Assembly: GCA_035632695.1 (NCBI GenBank)
Contig: DASQGG010000027.1
Span: 2,073-66,072, forward strand
Direction: 5' to 3'
Source: Thermoplasmata archaeon
GTDB lineage: Archaea; Thermoplasmatota; Thermoplasmata; RBG-16-68-12
DNA length: 64,000 nucleotides
Shown: positions 20,419-30,398 of the stretch, piece by piece
How positions within the stretch are numbered: the first letter of the stretch is position 1
How the letters are laid out: every line of letters starts with the position of its first letter
Notes under the pieces: generated by a model
Database searches by the model: none
What the model was told of the DNA's origin: nothing
Seen by the model: only the letters and a program-made list of their open reading frames with translations
Translations under genes and position numbers: made by a program

Positions 20419-20940
20419 CTACCCGAGCTTAGGGTAGACGGTCTCGCGCGCGGTCGGGTACGGCGCCTTCGCGCGGTACGTCGCGATGCTCTTCGTCTTC
20501 CAGAACGCCTCGGCGATCTCGTTGGCGAGTTTGAGCATGTCCTCGGCCGCGGCCAGGTTGATTTCCTGGCGTCCCTTGCTCCCGGCCTTCAGGGCCTTCC
20601 AGATCGTGTCGTGCAAGGACGGAAACGCCTGGAGGTGCTCGGGCTTGAAGTAGTCCCCGTAGAGGATGCGGATCTCGGACTTGTAGATCTCCGCGTGCTG
20701 CTCCTTCGTGGCGATGTATCGCGTGAGCTTGTTGTGGTATTCCTGCCTCTGCTCGGCCGTCGCGTTGGGGCCGGGTTTCTCGAGCTGGCCAATCAGGTCG
20801 ACCATGCGGATGACCGTGTGGGCCGCGAGCTGAGCGTGGTGCGGGTCGTAGATGCCGCACGGGATGTCGCAGTGGGCGTAGGCGACCGGCGCCGGACGGA
20901 CACGGTCGAGGGCTCGGAGGAGTTTGTGTGCGACGGACAT
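20419..20940 (-). CDS. sodN: Nickel-containing superoxide dismutase precursor
   Basis: 22-aa leader ending AYA, then Ni-hook HCDIPCGIYDP; KEQHAE, DYFKPEH, FWKTK. Confidence 0.95.
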   Translation of the reverse strand: MSVAHKLLRALDRVRPAPVAYAHCDIPCGIYDPHHAQLAAHTVIRMVDLIGQLEKPGPNATAEQRQEYHNKLTRYIATKEQHAEIYKSEIRILYGDYFKPEHLQAFPSLHDTIWKALKAGSKGRQEINLAAAEDMLKLANEIAEAFWKTKSIATYRAKAPYPTARETVYPKLG

Positions 20941-20998
20941 GGTCGCGCCGCAGGCGGCAGCCGTATTTAAACGTGAGGCGGCCCAGGGAACTTCGCGG

Positions 20999-22090
20999 TC
21001 ACTTTGGATTCGCCGCGGCTTCCGGGATCGGAGGAACCGCGGGCGTCGTCTTCGGGAACTTCTGTCGGAATCGCAGCGCGACGTTCACGAGGCTCATGAG
21101 GACGGGGACCTCGATGAGGGGTCCGATAATGGCCGCAAAGGCCTGGCCCGACGCGATCCCGAACACTCCGATCGTCGTGGCGATCGCCAGCTCGAAGTTG
21201 TTGCTCGCCGCGGTGAAGGAGAGCGTCGTCGTCTCCTCGTAGGAGAAGCCGAGGCGGCTGGAGAGGGAGAAGGAGGTGAAGAACATGATCACGAAGTACA
21301 GCGCGAGGGGCACGGCGATGCGGAAGACGTCCCAGGGGAGGTTGACGATGCTGTTCCCCCGGAGGGAGAACATGACGACCACGGTGAACAGCAATCCAAG
21401 GATCGCGGTGGGCGCGAGTCGCGCCATGAAGGTGTCTTCGTACCAGCGTTCCCCCCGGCGTCGGACGAGGATGGCCCGGGTGGCGAACCCCAGGAGTAGC
21501 GGGACGCCCAGGTAGAAGAGGACGGTGGCCGCCACGTCCACAACCGAAATGGGCACGACCTGCGCCGCGGTCAGGCCGCCCAGGACCCCCGAGAGGAACG
21601 TGACGAAGAACCACGCGAGGACGGAGTACAGGAGGATCTGGAAGACGCTGTTCAAGCCGACGAGGAGGGCGGCGTACTCCGAGGAGCCCTTGGCCATCGC
21701 GTTCCAGACGAGGACCATCGCGATGCACCTCGCCAGGCCCACGATGATGAGCCCGGCCCGGTACAGCGGGAGGTCCGGGAGGAAGATCCATGCGAGGGCG
21801 AACATCAGGAAGGGGCCGAGGACCCAGTTCTGGAACAGGGACACCCCCATGAGCCGCCTGTTCCCGGCGAGGCGCGGCAGGTCGCCGTACCGGACGCGCG
21901 CGAGCGGCGGGTACATCATCCACATGAGCCCGACGGCAAGCGGGATCGACACGCCCGACCAGGAGATCGAATTGAGCCAACCCGAGAACCCTGGGACCCA
22001 GGCTCCGAGTCCGACGCCGAGTACAATGGCCAGCAGGATCCAGAGGGTAGTGAGCCGGTCGAAGAGGCTCAGGGCCGCCTCATCGGCCAC
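20999..22090 (-). CDS. acr3: Arsenite efflux permease Acr3
   Basis: MMYPPLARV, NWVLGPFLMF, GLARCIAMVLVW, ASNNFELAIA, GPLIEVP. Confidence 0.95.
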   Translation of the reverse strand: MADEAALSLFDRLTTLWILLAIVLGVGLGAWVPGFSGWLNSISWSGVSIPLAVGLMWMMYPPLARVRYGDLPRLAGNRRLMGVSLFQNWVLGPFLMFALAWIFLPDLPLYRAGLIIVGLARCIAMVLVWNAMAKGSSEYAALLVGLNSVFQILLYSVLAWFFVTFLSGVLGGLTAAQVVPISVVDVAATVLFYLGVPLLLGFATRAILVRRRGERWYEDTFMARLAPTAILGLLFTVVVMFSLRGNSIVNLPWDVFRIAVPLALYFVIMFFTSFSLSSRLGFSYEETTTLSFTAASNNFELAIATTIGVFGIASGQAFAAIIGPLIEVPVLMSLVNVALRFRQKFPKTTPAVPPIPEAAANPK

Positions 22091-22484
22091 GGATCACCTC
22101 TCGCAACAGACGCGTTACGCGCTGCTCGATGTCGTCGCGGATACGTCGGACCTGCTCGAGCGATCGGCCGCTCGGGTCGGGCAGCGCCCAATCCACGGCA
22201 TCCCCGCGGAACGTGGCGGGGCAGACATCGCCGCTGGCACATCCCATCGTGACCACGACGTCCGAGCGCAGGATTTCTTCCCTCGTGATGGTCCGCGGCA
22301 CGATTCCGCTTAAGTCGATTCCGACCTCTCTCATCGCCTCGATCACCGCGGGATGCACCCGGGACGCGGCCCGTGTGCCTCCGCTGACGACCTCGACGCC
22401 ATCCCGCGCCTCCCTCCGAGCAAACGCGGCAGCCATCTGGCTCCGTCCCGCGTTCTCCACGCAGACGAACGCGATCCGAACCAT
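22080..22484 (-). CDS. arsC: Arsenate reductase, LMW-PTP family
   Basis: CVENAGRSQMA P-loop, TMGC...VCP, DWALPDP; overlaps acr3 start. Confidence 0.88.
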   Translation of the reverse strand: MVRIAFVCVENAGRSQMAAAFARREARDGVEVVSGGTRAASRVHPAVIEAMREVGIDLSGIVPRTITREEILRSDVVVTMGCASGDVCPATFRGDAVDWALPDPSGRSLEQVRRIRDDIEQRVTRLLREVIRGR

Positions 22485-22595
22485 GGGACTCCGGAGGGAC
22501 GCGGGCGGCAGTACTTGAGGCTGACGCACGGAGATTTCGGGGACGCGCGAACCTTAACGTCTGCGGCTCGATTCCCCGTGGGCAGGAGTCACCCT

Positions 22596-24125
22596 ATGAA
22601 GATCGGCGTCGAGGTCGGAGACATCGCCCGATGGGAGGACGAAGTCGTCGTCGTGAATCTGTTCGAGGGCGTCAACCACCCGGGCGGCGCGACGGGCGCC
22701 GTGGACGCGGCCATCGGCCATCAGATTACCGCGATGATTGCCACCGGAGACATCACGGGCAAGTTCAAGGAGATCGTGGTCTTCCCAACCTTCGACCGGA
22801 TTCCCGGGAACCGCGTCTTGGTCGTCGGCCTCGGCGAGCGCGCGGACTTCACACTGGACCGGGTGCGCGAGGTCTCGGCCGCGGCGGCCATCAAGATACG
22901 CGACATGGGCCTCCGGACGTTCGCGACCGTCGTCCACGGCGCAGGCGTAGGCCATCTGGACCTCGGGGACGCCACGGAGGCCGTCGTGGAAGGCACGCTC
23001 CTCGGCCTATACCGCTACACGGAACACAAGACGGACAACGACCACAAGAAGATCGAGTCCGTCACCCTAGTGAACTTGGACAAGGCCCGCGCGGCCGCGA
23101 TGCGCGAAGCGGTTCACCGGGCCTCCATCATCGCGACCACGACCAACTTCGCGCGTGACTTGGTCAACGCGCCGAGCAACGCGAAGCCGCCGCGCCTCTT
23201 CGCGGACCGCATCCGGGACGCCGCCAAGGAGGCGGGGGCCAGGCTCACGGTCTTCGACGAGAAGCAGCTGGAGAAGATGGGTTTCGGCTGCCTCCTAGGG
23301 GTGGCCAAGGGAAGCGTCGAGCCTCCCCGTTTCCTTGTCCTGTCCCACGACGGCGGCGGGAAGAGCAAACCCGTCGTCCTCGTGGGGAAGGGGATCACCT
23401 TCGATGCGGGCGGGATCGCGCTGAAACCCCTCGAGGCGCCCGGCTCGGACCCCATGTGGCTCATGCGGTACGACATGGGGGGCGCCGCCGCGGCGCTGAG
23501 CGCGGTCCTCGCGGCCGCTCGCCTGAAACTCCCGGTGAACGCGGTCGCCCTGGCGCCGCTCACGGAAAACATGCCCAGCGGGAGCGCCCAGAAACCCGGG
23601 GACATCGTGCGCGCCTTCGGCGGCCGGACCATTGAGGTCCTGAATCCCGATGCGGAAGGGCGGCTCGTCCTGGCCGACGCTCTGGGCTACGCGAAGACCC
23701 TGAAGCCGCAAGCCGTGGTCGATCTGGCGACGCTGACGGGAGCCGTGAAGGTCGCCCTCGGCCGACACGCCGCCGGGATGTTCAGCAACCGAGAGGAGCT
23801 CGCGAAGCGCCTCGAGCGCGCGGCCGAGGCCACGTCCGAGCGCGTGTGGCGGCTCCCCCTGTGGGACGAGTACAGCGAGCAAATCAAGAGCGACTCCGCG
23901 GACGTGAAGAACACGGGGGGCCGGTCCGCGGGCACAATCACCGCGGCGAAGTTCCTGGAGAAGTTTGCGGATGACGTGTCCTGGGCGCACCTCGACATCG
24001 CGGGAACGGCGTGGGTCGAGGACAGCCCCGACTCCCCGAAGAAGTCGTACCTGCCCAAGGGCGCCTCCGGCTACGGCGTGCGGCTTCTCATCCGCCTCCT
24101 GCGCGACTGGCAGAGCGTGGAATGA
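22596..24125 (+). CDS. pepA: Leucyl aminopeptidase (M17)
   Basis: VGKGITFDAGG, DMGGAA, NPDAEGRLVLAD, DLATLTGA, WAHLDIAG. Confidence 0.92.
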   Translation: MKIGVEVGDIARWEDEVVVVNLFEGVNHPGGATGAVDAAIGHQITAMIATGDITGKFKEIVVFPTFDRIPGNRVLVVGLGERADFTLDRVREVSAAAAIKIRDMGLRTFATVVHGAGVGHLDLGDATEAVVEGTLLGLYRYTEHKTDNDHKKIESVTLVNLDKARAAAMREAVHRASIIATTTNFARDLVNAPSNAKPPRLFADRIRDAAKEAGARLTVFDEKQLEKMGFGCLLGVAKGSVEPPRFLVLSHDGGGKSKPVVLVGKGITFDAGGIALKPLEAPGSDPMWLMRYDMGGAAAALSAVLAAARLKLPVNAVALAPLTENMPSGSAQKPGDIVRAFGGRTIEVLNPDAEGRLVLADALGYAKTLKPQAVVDLATLTGAVKVALGRHAAGMFSNREELAKRLERAAEATSERVWRLPLWDEYSEQIKSDSADVKNTGGRSAGTITAAKFLEKFADDVSWAHLDIAGTAWVEDSPDSPKKSYLPKGASGYGVRLLIRLLRDWQSVE

Positions 24126-24180
24126 GCGCAATCGGCCGGCTCGGATAGGCTTATGAAAGCCCGGACGGTACGCGGTCACC

Positions 24181-24834
24181 TTGCCTCGCTATCGGTACCT
24201 CGACGTGCTTCGTGAGGAGCTCGTCGACAAGAAGGCAGCCATCGAGGCTCGCCTGGCGGACTTCCGGGAGGTCGGCCGCGGGACGGATGCGCAGCTCTTC
24301 GAGGAGCTCTGCTTCGCCCTCCTTGCCATTCAGTCCTCCGCACGAAGCAGCGACGCGGCGGTCCGCGGCCTCGTGCAGGAGGGGCTCCTCTGGTCGGCGG
24401 GGTCCGAGGAAATCGCTCGCTACCTTCGGCATCGCACGCGGTTCCACAACCACAAGGCCACCTACATCGTCCGCGCGCGGGAGCGGTTCTTCCCCGATCG
24501 CGGTCCCGTCCTGAAGTCGTCGCTCGACCGGTTCCCGGACGCCAAGGAAGCCCGGGCCTGGCTCGCGGCCGAAGTGGACGGTCTCGGGTTCAAGGAGGCG
24601 AGCCACTTCCTCCGGAACCTCGGCCGCGGGGACGACCTGGCCATCCTGGATCGGCACATTCTCCGCAACCTGCTCCGCCATCGAGTCATCGGTCGCATGC
24701 CCAACACCCTGACCCCAAGACGCTACCTTGCCATCGAGGCGCGCATGGAGGATTTCGCGCACGTCGTCGGGATTTCGCTCGGGGTGCTCGACCTCCTGTG
24801 GTGGAGTCGCCAGACCGGTGAGATCTTCAAGTGA
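24181..24834 (+). CDS. ogg: 8-oxoguanine DNA glycosylase/lyase, archaeal Ogg2 type
   Basis: FEELCFALL, RFHNHKA, GLGFKEASHFLRN, LAILDRHIL, C-terminal GEIFK. Confidence 0.9.
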   Translation: MPRYRYLDVLREELVDKKAAIEARLADFREVGRGTDAQLFEELCFALLAIQSSARSSDAAVRGLVQEGLLWSAGSEEIARYLRHRTRFHNHKATYIVRARERFFPDRGPVLKSSLDRFPDAKEARAWLAAEVDGLGFKEASHFLRNLGRGDDLAILDRHILRNLLRHRVIGRMPNTLTPRRYLAIEARMEDFAHVVGISLGVLDLLWWSRQTGEIFK

Positions 24835-24843
24835 GGCCGACCC

Positions 24844-25056
24844 TCAGAAGGCCTTCCGGTCCCGCAGGAACCAGACGAGCCATAGAAGCCCAATGACCGC
24901 GGCGTCCGCGAGCCCCGTGACGAGCAGAATCGTCAGGTCCGTCGCGATGTTCGGGCTCGGAAGGAACGTCACGTACACGAAGAGGAACGCGAACCAGACA
25001 AAGGCGATGAGCACGGTCCCGGCGATGCGTGCCAGGAGGGATCCGCGGTAGCTCAT
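24844..25056 (-). CDS. Small two-helix membrane protein
   Basis: Two hydrophobic segments; fills the intergenic gap. Confidence 0.55.
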   Translation of the reverse strand: MSYRGSLLARIAGTVLIAFVWFAFLFVYVTFLPSPNIATDLTILLVTGLADAAVIGLLWLVWFLRDRKAF

Positions 25057-25136
25057 CCCCAGGCCCACCGGGGCCGTCGGGGAAAGGGTTTCGGGTTGCG
25101 CGGCTCGTTAAGTAGCGGCGCCGCCATGGCAGCAAC

Positions 25137-26246
25137 GTGGACGGCCCGTCGCCGCGCGAGGTGCAGGCGCTCCTCCTCCCCTGGTTCGACGCGGGCCACC
25201 GGGACATGCCCTGGCGCCGGACGACGGATCCGTACCGCATCCTGCTCGCAGAGTACCTGCTCCAGCGGACCCGTGTGGCCACAGGCCGGCCCTACTACGA
25301 GCGGTTCCTGGAGCGGTTCCCGACGGTCGAGGCGCTGGCCGCGGCGCCCGAAGAGGACGTGCTCCACACCTGGGAGGGGCTGGGCTACTACCGCCGCGCG
25401 CGGAACCTCCTCGCGGCCGCGAAGTCCATCGTCCGCGACCACGGCGGCCGGATTCCGACCGATTCCGCGACACTGGCCACCTTGCCCGGCATCGGCCCGT
25501 ATACGGCCGGAGCGGTCGCCTCCATCGCGTTTGGAGAGCGCATCCCGGCGGTCGACGGGAACGTGACGCGCGTCGTGACCCGCCTTTTCCGCGTCGAGGT
25601 CGACGTGACCTCGTCCCCCGGTCGCGCCCGGATTCAGGAGCTCGCGCACGGGCTCGTCCCCGTGGGGCGGTCGGGTCCGTTCAATCAGGCGATGATGGAA
25701 CTCGGCGCCACGGTCTGCACCCCGCGGAGTCCTCGATGTTCCGACTGCCCGTTCGTCGATCTCTGCCTCGCCCATCGTGCCGGGATCGAGTCCACCCTGC
25801 CGCGGATCCTCGCCCGGCGGCGGCCGCGGACCGTGCCGGTGGCCTTTGCCTACGTTGTCTCGCGCGGCCGCACCTTGCTCGTGCGCCGCGGGAGTCGGGA
25901 GATTCTCGGAGGTCTCTGGTCCTTGCCGGGAGGCGAACTTCCCTCCGGGTCCGCCGCACATGGGGGACTCCGGTCCCTCGTGTCTGCGCAGACCGGACTG
26001 GCGATCACGGTCCGCGGGGAGGTCGCCCGCGTCGCCCACGCGTTCTCCCACCGTCGGTGGTCCGGGGCCGTGTTCGCATGTTCGGCGCAGGGGCGGCTCC
26101 ACGCCTCCGCGGGCGTCCGGTGGGTAACGCCGGACGAGGCACGTCGGCTGCCGCTCGTCCCGTTCCATCGGGAGGTGCTGGAAGACCTCGCAGCGCGTCC
26201 TCGCATCGAGTCCTACGGCCGGTCGAGGCGCCGGCGCGAGGCCTGA
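25137..26246 (+). CDS. mutY: A/G-specific adenine glycosylase
   Basis: RDMPWRR, LLQRTRV, WEGLGYYRRARNL, LPGIGPYTA, VDGNV, C-x6-C-x2-C-x5-C, NUDIX-like tail with HAFSH. Confidence 0.93.
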   Translation: MDGPSPREVQALLLPWFDAGHRDMPWRRTTDPYRILLAEYLLQRTRVATGRPYYERFLERFPTVEALAAAPEEDVLHTWEGLGYYRRARNLLAAAKSIVRDHGGRIPTDSATLATLPGIGPYTAGAVASIAFGERIPAVDGNVTRVVTRLFRVEVDVTSSPGRARIQELAHGLVPVGRSGPFNQAMMELGATVCTPRSPRCSDCPFVDLCLAHRAGIESTLPRILARRRPRTVPVAFAYVVSRGRTLLVRRGSREILGGLWSLPGGELPSGSAAHGGLRSLVSAQTGLAITVRGEVARVAHAFSHRRWSGAVFACSAQGRLHASAGVRWVTPDEARRLPLVPFHREVLEDLAARPRIESYGRSRRRREA

Positions 26247-26314
26247 CTGCGTATCAATGACGAAATTCGCGGGCTCCCTTTGATAGTCTCCGGCGGCTCC
26301 TGCCGGCCGATCGC

Positions 26315-26758
26315 ATGACATCGGGAGCGACAGCCGTCCTCGTCTTCCCCGGGCGCCGCATCCAGGACCTCCTCGCGGCGTACGAGAAGGCGCTCATCGA
26401 CTCGGGGTTCGACATCAAGCAGCACGATTGGACGGGCCAATACTACCTCCACAAGGCCATCCTGGGCAGCAAGGCCAAGGCGTACCTCGTCCGGAAGATG
26501 GTGCCGTTCGGCGAGCTCACCAAGTCCGGGAACCGTCTCGGGGCGGAGGCCCAGATCTACCCGTCCGGGAACCTGGCCGTCCTCCGCGTGGCGATCGTCC
26601 CGTACATGGAGCTCTTCAACCGCGCGGAGATCGCGTTCCTCACGCAGGGTGTGTTCGAGAAGATCGTCGAGGACGACTGGTCCGTCGAGAAGCTCCACGA
26701 GATCGTGAACCGGATGGCGGCCATGGGCTTCGCGGGCCAGATCCCGGTTCACCCCTGA
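26315..26758 (+). CDS. Hypothetical protein
   Basis: Typical codon usage; no family recognised. Confidence 0.7.
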   Translation: MTSGATAVLVFPGRRIQDLLAAYEKALIDSGFDIKQHDWTGQYYLHKAILGSKAKAYLVRKMVPFGELTKSGNRLGAEAQIYPSGNLAVLRVAIVPYMELFNRAEIAFLTQGVFEKIVEDDWSVEKLHEIVNRMAAMGFAGQIPVHP

Positions 26759-26790
26759 AGCCTTAAGCGCGCCTGCCTCCATCCGCAGGC

Positions 26791-27372
26791 GTGCGCCGCT
26801 TCCTGGTCGTCGGGCACCGCGCGGTCACCACGCCCGACTTCACCTTGGACGATCTCGCGGGTGGCGCCGGCCGGATGGACATCCTCCTGAGTGCCGCGAA
26901 CGCCGCACTCCTCCTGGCCCACGACATCCGCCGCGACGCCGAAGCGGACCTGCTGCTGCTCGGTCCTCCGGACCCGCCCCGGCTCGTCCGGATTCTTGGC
27001 CACCGGGTCCGGACTTATCAGCCCGACCTGCGGAGCAATGCGGCGCTCGTCCGCAAGGCGCTCGAGCACGGTTCCCGGGTCGAGCGGGAGGTCTGGCCCG
27101 GGATCCTTGCGTCGAAGACCTCCTTCCCGGAGTCCCTGGACCGACTCGGACCCACGTTCGTGTACCTGAAGGAGGGCGGCAAGGATATCCGCGGGACGCC
27201 GGTTCCCGCGGACGCGACCTTCGTGCTCTCGGACAACCAAGACCTGACCCCGGACGAGGAGCGAGCCGTCCTCGCGCGGGATGCCTTGGTCATCGGCCTC
27301 GGCCCCCTCGCTGTCCATACGGACCAAGCCATCGTCCTTGTCCAGAACGAACTGGACCGGAGGGGCGTATGA
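26791..27372 (+). CDS. trmY: tRNA (pseudouridine54-N1)-methyltransferase
   Basis: MRRFLVVGHRA...DFTLDDLAGGAGRMD, SPOUT end FVLSDNQDL...LGP...QNELDR. Confidence 0.88.
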   Translation: MRRFLVVGHRAVTTPDFTLDDLAGGAGRMDILLSAANAALLLAHDIRRDAEADLLLLGPPDPPRLVRILGHRVRTYQPDLRSNAALVRKALEHGSRVEREVWPGILASKTSFPESLDRLGPTFVYLKEGGKDIRGTPVPADATFVLSDNQDLTPDEERAVLARDALVIGLGPLAVHTDQAIVLVQNELDRRGV

Positions 27373-28439
27373 ACGAGATGGAATTGATACATACGAAGCT
27401 CACCGAGTTCGTACGCATGCCCTCCTCTGCCGAAACCGGCGTATCGGGCATCCTCGAGGCCGCACGCGCCTCCGCGGAGGAAATCGGGCTCCGCCCGACC
27501 GTCCACGAAGGCCTCGGGGCGATCGAAGCGTCCTCCGGGCCGGGCGGGCTCCTCCTGAACGGCCATCTCGACACGGTGCCCGTCGCCTCAGGCTGGACGA
27601 AGGGGCAGGCGGTCTGGGAAGGGGACATCCTGTACGGCCGCGGCAGCGCGGACATGAAGGCGGGCTGCGTCGCCGCTCTGGCCGCGGCACGCACTCTGGT
27701 CGAGCGCGGCAAGCCCGTGTCCCTCCTCTTCACGACGGACGAGGAGACCACCATGGCGGCCTCCAAGGCGCTCGCCGCCTCCCCGGTCGTTCGCGAAGCC
27801 GCGGCGGTCGTTGTCCTCGAGCCGACGTCCCTCCATGTGATCGCATCCGAGAAGGGCGTCCTCTGGTACCGCGTGACGACCCATGGCCGCAGCGCCCACG
27901 GGAGCCTCCCGCATCTCGGGGACAGCGCGATCCAGCGCACGGCGAGGGCCCTGGGCCGCCTGGAACCCCTGTCGCGCCCCCGCGACGTCCTCGGCGAGAT
28001 CACCGTGAACCCGGGCCAGATCCGCGGCGGCGTCGCCCCGAACGTGGTGGCAGACGCCTGCACAGTCGAACTGGACTGCCGCCACCCGCCGGCGAGCCCC
28101 AAGTCCGAGGTCGAGTCCCTTCTCCGCAACGCCTTCCAGGAGCCCGGAGGGGAGGTGACCTTCGAGCTGGTCCACGAGGTCCCGCCCGCGGGCGTGCCGT
28201 TCGACGCCGCCCACGTCCGCGCGCTGCAGGAACTCGCAGGCACGGAGATCCGCGGCGTCGCGTACGCCACGGAGATGGCGTGGTACGCGGCGCACAACCC
28301 GCGGTGCGTCGTCTTCGGTCCCGGCGAGACCGCGCGGATCCACGTTCCCGACGAGCGGGTCTCCCTGCGCGAGACCGTCCGCGCCGCGGACCTCCTCGTG
28401 CGGTATGCCGAGCGGCTCGCGGCCCTCCCGGAAGGTTAG
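27369..28439 (+). CDS. M20 metallohydrolase (ArgE/DapE-like)
   Basis: NGHLDTVP, GRGSADMKAG, DEE, GRSAHGS. Confidence 0.88.
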   Translation: MNEMELIHTKLTEFVRMPSSAETGVSGILEAARASAEEIGLRPTVHEGLGAIEASSGPGGLLLNGHLDTVPVASGWTKGQAVWEGDILYGRGSADMKAGCVAALAAARTLVERGKPVSLLFTTDEETTMAASKALAASPVVREAAAVVVLEPTSLHVIASEKGVLWYRVTTHGRSAHGSLPHLGDSAIQRTARALGRLEPLSRPRDVLGEITVNPGQIRGGVAPNVVADACTVELDCRHPPASPKSEVESLLRNAFQEPGGEVTFELVHEVPPAGVPFDAAHVRALQELAGTEIRGVAYATEMAWYAAHNPRCVVFGPGETARIHVPDERVSLRETVRAADLLVRYAERLAALPEG

Positions 28440-28482
28440 ACCAAAACCTATATCTCCCGAGGCAGGTAGCGCCCGGGACACC

Positions 28483-29679
28483 ATGACCGGGTCGGACCGG
28501 GGCCGGGACTTCTACATCGCCACGGAGGACGAGATCCACGCGGGCAAGACCACGGACGTCTACTTCCTTCGGACCCTGGAGGTCCTCAAGAAGGCGGGGA
28601 AGGACCGCACGGTCGTGGACGCGGAGGTGACCACGGGCGGTCTGCCGAACGGCTGGCCCTGGGGCATCCTGGCCGGCGTCGAGGAGGCCGTCCATCTCCT
28701 GAAGGGCAAGGGTACGAGCCTGTGGTCGCTCCCGGAGGGAACCCTGTTCCAGCCGCGCACCCCACGGGGGGTTCCGTTGCCCGTGATGAGCCTCCAGGGC
28801 CCGTACGGTGACTGGGCGCTGTACGAGACGCCCGTCCTGGGCCTGATCTGTCAGACGAGCGGCATCGCGACGAAGGCGGCGCGCCTCCGCAAGCTGGCGA
28901 ACGGCAAGCAGATCTTCTCCTTCGGAGTGCGGCGGATGCACCCGGGGATCGCCCCGCTCATCGAGCGCTCCGTGTACGTGGGCGGGCTGGACGCGATCAC
29001 GACGCCGTTGGGCTCGTCCATCCTCGGCCTACCCGCCATGGGCACCATGCCCCATGCCTTGGTCATCGTCATGGGCGGGCCCCGCGAGGCGTTCCACGCG
29101 GTCCAGAAGTACCTGGAGAAGCGCGTGCCGCGGATCGCCCTCGTGGACACGTACTACGACGAGAAGACGGAGACCCTGCTCGCCCTCGAGGAGATCCCCG
29201 ACCTCGTCGGCGTGCGCCTGGACACGCCTGCGTCCCGGCGCGGTAACTTCCCGCAGATTGTGCGCGAGATCCGGTGGGAGCTTGACGTCCGCGGGCACAA
29301 GGACGTCAAGATCTACGTGTCCGGGAACATCGACGAGAAGACGATCCCCGCGCTCCTGGCCGCGGGGGCCGACGGCTTCGGCATCGGGACGTCCTTGAGC
29401 AACGCCCCGACGATCGACTTCGCCTGCGACATCGTGGAAATCAACGGAACGCCCGTGGCCAAGCGCGGCAAGTTCGGCGCGCGCAAGGAACCCCTGCGAT
29501 GCCCCAAGGACGGCACGTACGAGGTCGGCGTGAGCAAGTGTCCGACGTGCGGGGCGACCATGAAGCCCGCCTACGTTCAGTACCTGGACCGGGGTGAGCC
29601 AGCGGCCGAGCTTCCTTCCCTGGGCGAGATCCGGAGCCGCGTCATCGCCGAGGTGGATCGCGCGGCCCTCGAGACCTAG
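28483..29679 (+). CDS. pncB: Nicotinate phosphoribosyltransferase
   Basis: TTDVYF, FGVRRMHP, GTMPHA, GVRLDTP, FGIGT, VAKRGK; C-terminal Cys cluster. Confidence 0.9.
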   Translation: MTGSDRGRDFYIATEDEIHAGKTTDVYFLRTLEVLKKAGKDRTVVDAEVTTGGLPNGWPWGILAGVEEAVHLLKGKGTSLWSLPEGTLFQPRTPRGVPLPVMSLQGPYGDWALYETPVLGLICQTSGIATKAARLRKLANGKQIFSFGVRRMHPGIAPLIERSVYVGGLDAITTPLGSSILGLPAMGTMPHALVIVMGGPREAFHAVQKYLEKRVPRIALVDTYYDEKTETLLALEEIPDLVGVRLDTPASRRGNFPQIVREIRWELDVRGHKDVKIYVSGNIDEKTIPALLAAGADGFGIGTSLSNAPTIDFACDIVEINGTPVAKRGKFGARKEPLRCPKDGTYEVGVSKCPTCGATMKPAYVQYLDRGEPAAELPSLGEIRSRVIAEVDRAALET

Positions 29680-29717
29680 GCGCGCCCTTTATCGGGCCGC
29701 AGGCGCCTTTCGGCATC

Positions 29718-30398
29718 GTGGCCCTCGCGACGAAGGCGGAGGTTCGCGCGACCTACGAGCGCATCGCGGAGCCCTTCGCCGCCTCGCGCGAGGAGCCGTG
29801 GCCCGAGGTTCTCCAGTTCGGATCCTCCCTGCCCGAGGCCGCGCGGATCGCGGACGTGGGCTGCGGCAACGGCCGCCATGCGCGCACCTTGGCCTCCACG
29901 GGCCGTTCCATCGTGGCCGTCGACTTCGCCCGCAACCTCCTCCTGATTGGACGTCGCGGCTCCCGCGGTCGCGTCTGGGGCGCGCACATCGCCTGGATCC
30001 AGGCGGAGGCCACCACGTTGCCCCTGCGCGACGGGTGCATGGATGCCGCCATCTGCGTCGCCGTGCTGCACCATCTCCCGACCGTCGGGGAGCGGGTCCG
30101 CGCGCTCCGCGAGCTCCGCCGCATCGTGGCCTCGCGGGGTCGCGTGTTCGTGAGCGTGTGGGCGCTGGACCAGCCGCGGTTCCGGAAGGCGGTCGACGCG
30201 CGCCGTCAGCTGCCGCGGGAGGTGCAGGGCGACATCGAGGTCCCCTGGACCATGCCCGACGGCGTGGTCATTCCGCGGTACTACCATCTGTTCCAGGAGG
30301 GGGAGCTGGAGCAGTTGATTATCGAATCCGGGCTTCACGGAGAAAGGTTTTTCCGGGGCCCTGGGAACCTGTTCGCCGAGGCATCAGTCCGTGGCTGA
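29718..30398 (+). CDS. Class I SAM methyltransferase (Trm9/ALKBH8-like)
   Basis: YERIAEPF, DVGCGNGR, AVLHHL, VSVWA, RYYHLF. Confidence 0.8.
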   Translation: MALATKAEVRATYERIAEPFAASREEPWPEVLQFGSSLPEAARIADVGCGNGRHARTLASTGRSIVAVDFARNLLLIGRRGSRGRVWGAHIAWIQAEATTLPLRDGCMDAAICVAVLHHLPTVGERVRALRELRRIVASRGRVFVSVWALDQPRFRKAVDARRQLPREVQGDIEVPWTMPDGVVIPRYYHLFQEGELEQLIIESGLHGERFFRGPGNLFAEASVRG

